DNA of 27,131 nt, taken from Pseudomonadota bacterium. Its GTDB lineage: Bacteria > Bdellovibrionota > FAC87 > UBA2466. Shown here piece by piece: positions 18,549-25,844 of this stretch. The first letter of the stretch is position 1. The number at the start of each line of letters is the position of its first letter. The stretch is taken from positions 1 to 27,131 of the forward strand of contig JAYSWN010000124.1 in NCBI GenBank assembly GCA_043718025.1, written 5' to 3'. Both the position numbers and the translations under genes were made by a program. Under the pieces are notes generated by a model. The model was not told where the DNA came from. It saw nothing but the letters and a program-made list of their open reading frames with translations, and made no database searches.

Positions 18549-20111
18549 ATGACCGATAGCTCAACAGTTCAGAAAAATACTGACGTGCTCATCATTGGCG
18601 CCGGCCCAGCCGGTTTGACCGCCGCCTACCTGCTTTCAAAAAAGAAGGTGCGGGTCACCGTACTTGAGGCCGATGCGCAATACGTTGGGGGAATTTCGCG
18701 AACGGTGAATTACAAAGGTTATCTTTTCGACATCGGGGGGCACCGCTTCTTTTCGAAGTCAGCCGAGGTAGAAAGCCTGTGGACTGAGTTGTTGCCCGAC
18801 GACATGTTAAATCGACCGCGCTCGAGTCGCATCTATTACCGGGGTAAGTTTTTTTCGTATCCGTTAAAGGCGTTTGATGCGCTTTTTAAACTGGGAATTT
18901 TTGAGTCCACGCTTTGCGTGTTGTCGTACTTCAAAGCAAAGTTATTTCCCGTTCCCAATCCTAATAATTTTCAAGACTGGGTTACCAATCAATTTGGTAA
19001 ACGGCTCTTCTCCATTTTTTTTAAGACCTACACCGAAAAGGTGTGGGGCATGGACTGTAAAGAGATCTCGGCCGATTGGGCGGCGCAGCGAATTAAGGGG
19101 CTTTCGCTGGGCGGCGCAATTATGAACGCCTTGCTCCCCCAAAAGAAACCGAAGGAGCGGTCGCAGATCATTAAGACTTTAATCGACTCGTTTCGCTATC
19201 CGCGTCGCGGACCCGGCATGATGTGGGATGCCGCTGCTCGCAAGACCATCGAGTTGGGCGGAACGGTTTTGATGAACTGCCAATTCACCGGCCTTACGTT
19301 CCATCCCGATAAGAATTTGTGGGAAGTTCGCTACACCGAAAAGGGTACCGCCAAAACGATCTGGACCGTTCAGGTTATTTCTTCGGCGCCGCTACGCGAA
19401 ATGGTCGCTGGCTTGAAGCCAGAACTCAAGAGTAGGCCGCACGCTCAAAATTTGAAATACCGCGACTTTCTAACCGTGGCGCTGATTGTGAAAGAACGAA
19501 ACACGTTCGATGATAATTGGATCTACATCCACGACCCCATTGTCAAAGTGGGCCGGGTTCAGAACTATAAGTCATGGTCTCCGGAACTGGTGCCCGACCA
19601 ACAGACAAATTGCTATGGCTTAGAGTATTTTTGTTTTGAAAACGATGGATTGTGGTCGTTAAAAGACAGCGAACTGGTGGCGTTGGCCAAACGCGAACTG
19701 GTAACCTTGGGCCTGGCAGAAGAAGCTGATATTTTAGATGGCTGCGTGGTTCGTCAGAAAAAGGCGTATCCCGTTTACGATCACCAATACCAAGGCCACG
19801 TTACGGCAATCAAAGAGGAGCTCACCGACAAATTTCCTTCGCTCCACGTAGTGGGACGAAATGGCATGCACAAGTACAATAATCAAGATCACGCCATGAT
19901 GACGGCGATGCTCACGGTCGAAAATATTTTGACCCATTCAACAAAGTACGATGTGTGGAATGTAAATCAGGATGCTGAGTACCACGAAGCGGGTACCGCG
20001 GGCTCCGACGCCATCAAAGAGGGCGGGCGTTTGGTCCCCTTGCCAGTTCGCCAGCCGTCAGACTCACAAATTCCTAATGAGCCGCAAACCCGCACCGGTT
20101 CTGGTCGTTAA
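18549..20111 (+). CDS. NAD(P)/FAD-dependent oxidoreductase (amine oxidase / protoporphyrinogen oxidase-like fold)
   Basis: Rossmann motif [54 protein letters not shown]. Confidence 0.88.
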   Translation: MTDSSTVQKNTDVLIIGAGPAGLTAAYLLSKKKVRVTVLEADAQYVGGISRTVNYKGYLFDIGGHRFFSKSAEVESLWTELLPDDMLNRPRSSRIYYRGKFFSYPLKAFDALFKLGIFESTLCVLSYFKAKLFPVPNPNNFQDWVTNQFGKRLFSIFFKTYTEKVWGMDCKEISADWAAQRIKGLSLGGAIMNALLPQKKPKERSQIIKTLIDSFRYPRRGPGMMWDAAARKTIELGGTVLMNCQFTGLTFHPDKNLWEVRYTEKGTAKTIWTVQVISSAPLREMVAGLKPELKSRPHAQNLKYRDFLTVALIVKERNTFDDNWIYIHDPIVKVGRVQNYKSWSPELVPDQQTNCYGLEYFCFENDGLWSLKDSELVALAKRELVTLGLAEEADILDGCVVRQKKAYPVYDHQYQGHVTAIKEELTDKFPSLHVVGRNGMHKYNNQDHAMMTAMLTVENILTHSTKYDVWNVNQDAEYHEAGTAGSDAIKEGGRLVPLPVRQPSDSQIPNEPQTRTGSGR

Positions 20112-20118
20112 AAGGCGC

Positions 20119-20574
20119 TTAGTCGATAAATAAGACGTGGCTAACCGAGCCGATGCGGTCATTTTTTTTTCGGGCTCCGGTGATACGGTTGCCCTCTAGA
20201 ACCAAAACGTGAAAACCGGCGGCCTTCGCTTTGGCGAGAATAAGATCTTTCGCTTTTTTCACCCCGCCTACCGTGAGTTTTACCGGGGTGCTGTAGTCCG
20301 AAGCGCCAAGCGGTAGAATGGTAATCTGGCTCAGGGTAAGAACTTTTCCGCTGATTCTCACCATGGCGCCGAACATGACCTCATCGCCATCGGGCGTCGT
20401 AAAGTAATCAAGGTAGCCGCCGTAGTTTCGAAAGGTGCGTTGAGTTGGCGCGGTTTCATCGGTTAGCGCCGCAATTTTTTGGGCGTCGTGTACGGCGTAG
20501 AGATACAGCGGACAGTCTGCGAGCGCAGACCCCGACAATAAAAAAATCCCCCACCATCTCCCCAAACGCCCCAC
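20119..20574 (-). CDS. Hypothetical secreted protein, possible toxin-like domain
   Basis: Signal-like N-terminus (WWGIFLLSGSALA|DC) and C-terminal AKAAGFHVLVLEGNRITGA; the ORF fills the gap between two clear genes. Confidence 0.6.
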   Translation of the reverse strand: MGRLGRWWGIFLLSGSALADCPLYLYAVHDAQKIAALTDETAPTQRTFRNYGGYLDYFTTPDGDEVMFGAMVRISGKVLTLSQITILPLGASDYSTPVKLTVGGVKKAKDLILAKAKAAGFHVLVLEGNRITGARKKNDRIGSVSHVLFID

Positions 20575-20657
20575 CTAATGATCTGTATCAATGGCCATTC
20601 ACGGTGGAAACCTCAATTGCGACAACGGCCTCAGCCCTGATGACAACCGCCTTCAGA

Positions 20658-21428
20658 TCAAAAAAGGGTGAGAATTTGCGGTTTACCGTCGGTGATGAGC
20701 ACCGTGTGTTCGAATTGCGCCGAGAGCGATTTATCCGAGGTTTTAAAAACGGTAATCGTTGAGCCCGGAATTTCAATCTCCTCAATTGGCGCGGCAGTCT
20801 CATTGATCATTGGTTCTACGGTGATGGTTCCCCATTTTTCTAACCGCACTCCGCGTCCGCGTTTTCCGAACGAGGGCACAAATGGGTCCTCGTGAAAGAG
20901 ACGCCCAATGCCGTGCCCACCAATTTCGCGCACAACGTGGAATCCTTTACGGCTGGTAAACTTTTCGACCGCAAATCCAATATCGCCGGTGAAAGATCCG
21001 GCCTTTGTCTCTTCGATGCCGCGGTTCATGGCGCCAAGGGCACACTCCACGATCTGTTTTGCTCTTTGGCTTGGCTCACCGACAAAGAACATTTTGGAGG
21101 TGTCGCCGTGAAAGCCTTCTACGATTACGGTGACATCGATATTGATAATGTCGCCGTCTTTGAGTTTGGTTTGGTCGGGAACCCCGTGGCAAATCACTTC
21201 GTTAATCGAGGTGCAGATGGCCTTTGGGTAACCCAAATAGTCGGTGCAGGCCGAAATGGCGCCGCGGCTTAGCACAAAATCCAGGGCAATCTGGTCGAGC
21301 TCGTTGGTGGAAATGCCGGCTTTAACAAACTTGCCGGTGTGGGCCAAAGTTTCGGCGGCCAGGCGTCCGGCCTTTTCCATGTAGCGGATTTCGTTGGCGG
21401 TCTTTATGTTCATGGGTGACAAGCTCAT
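20658..21428 (-). CDS. map: Type I methionine aminopeptidase
   Basis: ICTSINEVICHGVP, DGDIINIDVT, GFHGDTS, GGHGIG..FHEDP, TVEPMIN, SAQFEHT. Start at ATG 21428 after AAGGA (alternative 21446). Confidence 0.96.
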   Translation of the reverse strand: MSLSPMNIKTANEIRYMEKAGRLAAETLAHTGKFVKAGISTNELDQIALDFVLSRGAISACTDYLGYPKAICTSINEVICHGVPDQTKLKDGDIINIDVTVIVEGFHGDTSKMFFVGEPSQRAKQIVECALGAMNRGIEETKAGSFTGDIGFAVEKFTSRKGFHVVREIGGHGIGRLFHEDPFVPSFGKRGRGVRLEKWGTITVEPMINETAAPIEEIEIPGSTITVFKTSDKSLSAQFEHTVLITDGKPQILTLF

Positions 21429-21522
21429 AGCATCCTTTTTGCCCATCCTCCAGCGATGGTAACAAGCGGTGCCGAAGTGCCCTTTTGCGGCACCTGCATG
21501 TGCTTGACTTTTTGACCAAAAA

Positions 21523-23646
21523 ATGACACAAGGCGTTATGCCGGCACGTCTAATTTTAGCTCTTACTTTTCTCGCGTTGGTTTCATTCCCGGGGGGGGCC
21601 TCTGCTGTTAACTCCGCATGCACCGAACGATTCATCGAGTTGGCAACCAAGACCCCCAAGCTTACCGAGTTTGGACGCGACCTCACCCTCTTAGCTTCCC
21701 AAGGCAAACTAGACCCGGTCATTGGCCGCGTTAAGGAGCTGGGCGAGGCCTTTGAAATTTTAGGCCTTACGAAAAAAAATAATCCGGTTTTCATTGGCGA
21801 GCCGGGCGTCGGAAAAACGGCGTTGGCCGAAGGGCTGGCCCAACTGATTGCCGATGGCCGAGCCCCGAGCGCTTTCAAAAACCATAGAGTCATTCAACTC
21901 GACTTGACGGCGATGGTCGGTAACACCAAGTTTCGTGGCGAGTTTGAGCAACGCATGAAACTGGTGCTGGCAGAATTGGAAGCCAATCCGGATATCATCA
22001 TCTTCATCGACGAAATCCACACCGTACTTGGCGTTGGCACTACCGACGGGGGCCAAAATGCCGCCAACTTGCTTAAGCCGGCGCTGGCCAGGGGTTTAAA
22101 GTGCATAGGGGCAACTACCCTCGACGAATATAAATTGATCGAAAAAGATGGCGCGCTCGAGCGGCGTTTCCAAAAAGTGGTGCTGCAGCCTCCTAATGAT
22201 GCCGACGTTTTACTAATTTTGGTCGGACTGCGTGAAAAATTTGAGAAACATCATGGCGTGACGATTAGCGATGAGGCCTTAAAAGAGGCCATCGAACTCA
22301 CCAATCGGTATGTGCCCGGCGATCGATTCCAACCCGACAAAGCGATTACGGCTGTAGATCGGGCCTGTTCCCGCGCCCGACTTCTGGCTGACCCCGGGGG
22401 CTACGTGCCAAGCACTCGTGAAGAGCTTGTGGCATTAAAAAAAGAACTCGCGAAAGCGATTGGCGATGAGCAGTTTGAACTTGCAGCATCGCTCAGTGAA
22501 AAAATTAAGGTCATGGAAGGGGCTGCCCCACCCCCACCGCCGGGAACCAAAATAGTGGTTGGCGTGGAAGACATCCGCATCGTGGTTTCCAAAGAAACCG
22601 GCATACCCCTCGAGACTTTGGGTACCGATGAAGCTCAAAAATTGCTCGTCATGGAAACGGCGTTGAAAAAGGTGGTGGTAGGCCAAGACGAAGCCATTTC
22701 CCAAATTTCTAAAGCGGTACGCCTGTCCCGAGCCGGACTGCGTGATCCAAAACGGCCAATCGGAACCTTTGTTTTCGCTGGACCGACGGGAGTGGGTAAG
22801 ACCTTGCTCACGCGAAAATTGGGAGAGTATATGTTTGGCACCGAAGAGGCGGTGATCGAACTTAACATGACCGAATTCGCCGAAAAGCACACCGTCGGCC
22901 GACTGATCGGCGCACCCCCAGGTTACGTCGGATACGAAGACGGAGGCCAGCTCACCGAAAAGGTACGACGTCGTCCTTACTCCGTCTTAGTTTTTGATGA
23001 AATTGAAAAAGCGGCGCCCGAGGTAAGAGCCATTCTGCTTAAGATCATGGAAGATGGGCAAATCACCGATGCTAAAGGCCGCGTGGTCAGTTTCCGAAAT
23101 TGTATTATTATCCTCACTACTAATAAAGGCGCACGGGCCGTGAATTTTGCCAATGAAGCCAACGCGGCGGCCGCCGCCGAGGTGCCGGTGGAAGCCGACG
23201 GCTTCCGTCTTGGAGCCGCTCCCGAACGCACGCCGCCCAGACTTATCACTCAGGCCGAAAAAGAGAAGATGGTCATGGCCGAGCTGGAGCAAGAGTTCAC
23301 TCCCGAGTTTTTGGGCCGCCCCGACGGCATTATCGTATTCAACACGTTAACTAAGGAGCAGATGCACCTGGTGGTCGAGATTGAGGCAAACAAGCTGCGT
23401 AAGTTGCTTGAGGCTAAGGCGCTGACCCTGACCCTTTCGGGAGAGGCCAAAGACTATATTCTTGCGCAGGCCGACGTTTCCAAAACGGGCGGTCGAAATC
23501 TTCGAAAGCAAATTGAAGACAATCTGAGTAGCCCGATCGCGGAGCTCATACTGCGCGGCAGCTTAACCTCAGCAAAAGGGGTTAGCGTTACGGTTGAAGG
23601 CACTGGCGCCGACCGTCATCTGGTTTTTGAGGCCATTGCCCCTTAA
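21523..23646 (+). CDS. ClpC-like AAA+ ATPase (two AAA modules, UVR-type middle coil) with an N-terminal signal-peptide-like leader instead of the Clp-N domain
   Basis: TPKLTEFGRDLT, LDPVIGR, KNNPVFIGEPGVGKT, KFRGEFE, FIDEIH, IGATT, ALERRF, UVR coil AIGDEQFELAASL, VVGQDEA, GPTGVGKT, GAPPGYVGY, FDEIEKA. Start at 21523 or 21538. Confidence 0.93.
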   Translation: MTQGVMPARLILALTFLALVSFPGGASAVNSACTERFIELATKTPKLTEFGRDLTLLASQGKLDPVIGRVKELGEAFEILGLTKKNNPVFIGEPGVGKTALAEGLAQLIADGRAPSAFKNHRVIQLDLTAMVGNTKFRGEFEQRMKLVLAELEANPDIIIFIDEIHTVLGVGTTDGGQNAANLLKPALARGLKCIGATTLDEYKLIEKDGALERRFQKVVLQPPNDADVLLILVGLREKFEKHHGVTISDEALKEAIELTNRYVPGDRFQPDKAITAVDRACSRARLLADPGGYVPSTREELVALKKELAKAIGDEQFELAASLSEKIKVMEGAAPPPPPGTKIVVGVEDIRIVVSKETGIPLETLGTDEAQKLLVMETALKKVVVGQDEAISQISKAVRLSRAGLRDPKRPIGTFVFAGPTGVGKTLLTRKLGEYMFGTEEAVIELNMTEFAEKHTVGRLIGAPPGYVGYEDGGQLTEKVRRRPYSVLVFDEIEKAAPEVRAILLKIMEDGQITDAKGRVVSFRNCIIILTTNKGARAVNFANEANAAAAAEVPVEADGFRLGAAPERTPPRLITQAEKEKMVMAELEQEFTPEFLGRPDGIIVFNTLTKEQMHLVVEIEANKLRKLLEAKALTLTLSGEAKDYILAQADVSKTGGRNLRKQIEDNLSSPIAELILRGSLTSAKGVSVTVEGTGADRHLVFEAIAP

Positions 23647-23665
23647 AGCCGTAAATTTCATGAAG

Positions 23666-23709
23666 CGGGGCGGTTTGGTAAGGTAAAACTTGCCAACCCC
23701 CCCCTTTTT
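23666..23709 (+). terminator. Possible intrinsic terminator after the Clp ATPase gene
   Basis: Imperfect hairpin GGGG..GGTTTGGTAAG-GTAAAA-CTTGCCAACC..CCCC followed by TTTTT. Confidence 0.4.
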
Positions 23710-23736
23710 CGCCAAATTTCACAATTCCCCAAATGC

Positions 23737-23828
23737 GGAGGGGTGGCCGAGTGGCCGAAGGCGGCGGTTTGCTAAATCGTTATACGGGTAACACTGTATC
23801 GGAGGTTCGAATCCTCTCCCCTCCGCCA
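23737..23828 (+). tRNA. tRNA-Ser(GCT)
   Basis: Acceptor GGAGGGG/CCCCTCC, discriminator G plus CCA, anticodon loop TT GCT AA, long variable arm ATACGG..CTGTAT. Confidence 0.97.
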
Positions 23829-23875
23829 TTACTCGTCTTTTGCGATCTCTTCGTTATTAGCTAGGTCATTGTTGG

Positions 23876-24071
23876 TTGCGTTCCGCACGGCTTCGCAAAG
23901 CTTATGGAACGGGGACAGATTTACAGCTCGCTGGCTTTGTCGAATCCTCTCCCCTCCGCCAGATTTTTCACAAGGTGAAAAATCTCCTCTACTTACGATT
24001 TTCGATTTTCATTCCGGGGGTTCTTGGGGGTTGGCCGGTGCTTTTTTGCGTTCCGCACGGATGCGCGAAGC
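23876..24071 (+). repeat. Second direct repeat pair downstream of tRNA-Ser
   Basis: TTGCGTTCCGCACGG at 23876-23890 and 24046-24060, extending imperfectly as cttcgcaaagc / atgcgcgaagc. Confidence 0.85.
23940..23961 (+). repeat. 22-bp exact copy of the tRNA-Ser 3' end (att-like direct repeat)
   Basis: TCGAATCCTCTCCCCTCCGCCA is present at 23807-23828 and at 23940-23961. Confidence 0.92.
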
Positions 24072-24096
24072 GTTGCTCGCGCCGCAAAGTCTGTAA

Positions 24097-25809
24097 CTAG
24101 CGCCCCCTCTTTAGCTCGAGGCAAAACGCTTTGATATTGCGACCAAAGGCTTTTAAATCGGTGGCGTTGGGATCGATGTCTTCGCAAAACGATCCGTTCA
24201 AAAGGCAGTTAGCTCGCTCCGTAGAAAAGTCAGTGGGAATTTCGCGGCACTTTTCCGCCGCCACCGGCTGCGAGCCATATTGAGAATAGCAGGCCTCTCG
24301 CACTTTGCGATCCGCAATGCCGTGGCAAATCTTAGCGTCTTTCAATTCGTACACGAGATCGTTGTAACAAGATATTTGGTTAGCGTTGGCGTCCGGATTG
24401 TTTGTTTCGGTAAGTTTAATTTTTTCGCACAGCGCGGCGTTCTTCGAGGATCTGGCGGCGTGGGCGTAGCAATGGTCTTGGTCTTTTTCCAACCCCGCAC
24501 AAAAGTCTTTGCCGCCAAACGAAGTTTTTATGGACGCGCACGCCATTTTATCGTCTGACGAGGGGTGGATCATTTTTTCGCATAGTGTGCCTTCTTTTTT
24601 CTCATAGGCCACCCTCCTTAGACACTGATTGTAGGTCACCGCCGCTTCAATAGGCTCGCACTGGGCGGCATTTTTCTCTCGCTGCGCTAAGTTCGCATAA
24701 CATTCGTCGGCCGGACTCGAGCTGTTTGCCACCGCCATTTTTAGAAACTGGCAGCCGGCCAAGCTCAACTTAGCTGCCACCGCATTGATCAGGCAGCGCA
24801 CCGCCGGGGAATGCTCTTCCCTCGCGTCCCGTGGTTCTCTCGCCGCAGTCTTTAAGCATTCGCGTGCCTCCGCCGGAACGCTTTTGGCCGTAAGGGTAGT
24901 GACGATCTCTGCCCGCTGCATGCGCCGGCATCGGAACCCCTGCTTACCGTTTTCACATTCAAACCAGTAGTGAGGAATGGGCAGCTTAGCGGCATTTGCG
25001 CAGGCACAGCCGTAGCCAGCTTTCCAACCGGCGCTACACGCATCCCCTTCAATGCGAATTTTGCCGCACGGGTATCCGCCCGCCAGCTTTTCGCTGCTAA
25101 GCATCTTCACGTCAACCGCCCCTTTCTTGCACTCGACTTCGAAAAGCAGTGCCACTTTATTTTCAAGCGCCGTGAGATCGGCGGGCGATTTTTCTGCGCA
25201 CGCCGGTGCCGGCGGAAAATTCCCCTTCTTGAGGTAAATAAGCTCTTCTTTAGTGGGTGGACAGCTCTTGGCGCCTTTGCCCTGGCATCGACTCTCTCGA
25301 TTTCGTTCGAAGTGCTTCTGAATTGAATTTTGAAAATAAACGCACGCGGCGGGAACGCCGGTGAGACAGGCCAGCTTTGCGCTCGCATAAGTTGCAGAAT
25401 CGTGAAGCCCGTACGGTTCGTTGTAACAGCTGGCACCGCCCGCAAAAAAACAAGCAGGGCGTTCCTTTTCGCGCTGCTCCTTCGGCGCCCCGATACTGTC
25501 TAGAAACGGTGAGCAGTCTTCGTCGTAGCCGGTTTTTCTGCAATTTTCGCGCAGCGCTAACTGCTGGGGGGTGAGGGGAAGTTTCACTTTCGCCGAGCAA
25601 AACCCCAGGCAGCCGGCCTCACAAAACCTCTCCACCGCAGACTGAATTTGGCTCTCTAAGGGGGCGGGCAGCGCCCCTGGCACGGTCATTGACCAGGTCA
25701 TCAAAAAATAGGCCCCTTCGCCCGCCTTGCGGCAACTATCGTAAGGAGTCGCTTGTGAAGAACCGAGCGTCACGAGAAGCAAAACCGCGAGCGTTTTCAA
25801 AAATTTCAT
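24097..25809 (-). CDS. Secreted cysteine-rich repeat protein
   Basis: Signal peptide MKFLKTLAVLLLVTLGSSQA, 38 Cys by manual count, and C-terminal tandem CY..(L/A)A....(N/D)...C..I repeats. Start at 25809 or 25815. Confidence 0.8.
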   Translation of the reverse strand: MKFLKTLAVLLLVTLGSSQATPYDSCRKAGEGAYFLMTWSMTVPGALPAPLESQIQSAVERFCEAGCLGFCSAKVKLPLTPQQLALRENCRKTGYDEDCSPFLDSIGAPKEQREKERPACFFAGGASCYNEPYGLHDSATYASAKLACLTGVPAACVYFQNSIQKHFERNRESRCQGKGAKSCPPTKEELIYLKKGNFPPAPACAEKSPADLTALENKVALLFEVECKKGAVDVKMLSSEKLAGGYPCGKIRIEGDACSAGWKAGYGCACANAAKLPIPHYWFECENGKQGFRCRRMQRAEIVTTLTAKSVPAEARECLKTAAREPRDAREEHSPAVRCLINAVAAKLSLAGCQFLKMAVANSSSPADECYANLAQREKNAAQCEPIEAAVTYNQCLRRVAYEKKEGTLCEKMIHPSSDDKMACASIKTSFGGKDFCAGLEKDQDHCYAHAARSSKNAALCEKIKLTETNNPDANANQISCYNDLVYELKDAKICHGIADRKVREACYSQYGSQPVAAEKCREIPTDFSTERANCLLNGSFCEDIDPNATDLKAFGRNIKAFCLELKRGR

Positions 25810-25844
25810 TGGCATATCTTAACACTCGCCACATCACTCTGGCT

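Noticed and set aside
18549..20111. Calling the oxidoreductase hemY or glf
   Set aside because: The fold is shared but the sequence alone does not give substrate specificity, and there is no heme or polysaccharide gene context adjacent.
21600..21621. Clp leader as a lipoprotein signal (NSAC)
   Set aside because: Asn at the -3 position and the distance from the hydrophobic core do not fit a lipobox. The A-S-A signal peptidase I site fits better.
21447..21893. Long N-terminal extension of the map ORF (411 aa)
   Set aside because: It is antisense to the Clp ATPase gene, MAP homology begins only near 21428, and there is a good RBS there.
21523..23646. Calling the ATPase ClpB or T6SS ClpV
   Set aside because: The middle domain is a short UVR-type coil rather than the long ClpB M-domain. 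There is no ClpV N-domain and no T6SS genes nearby.
23807..24071. Possible CRISPR array or second tRNA gene
   Set aside because: There are only two copies each of two different repeats, with unequal spacing and no cas genes. The second tRNA-like copy has only part of the T-arm and the acceptor 3' strand.
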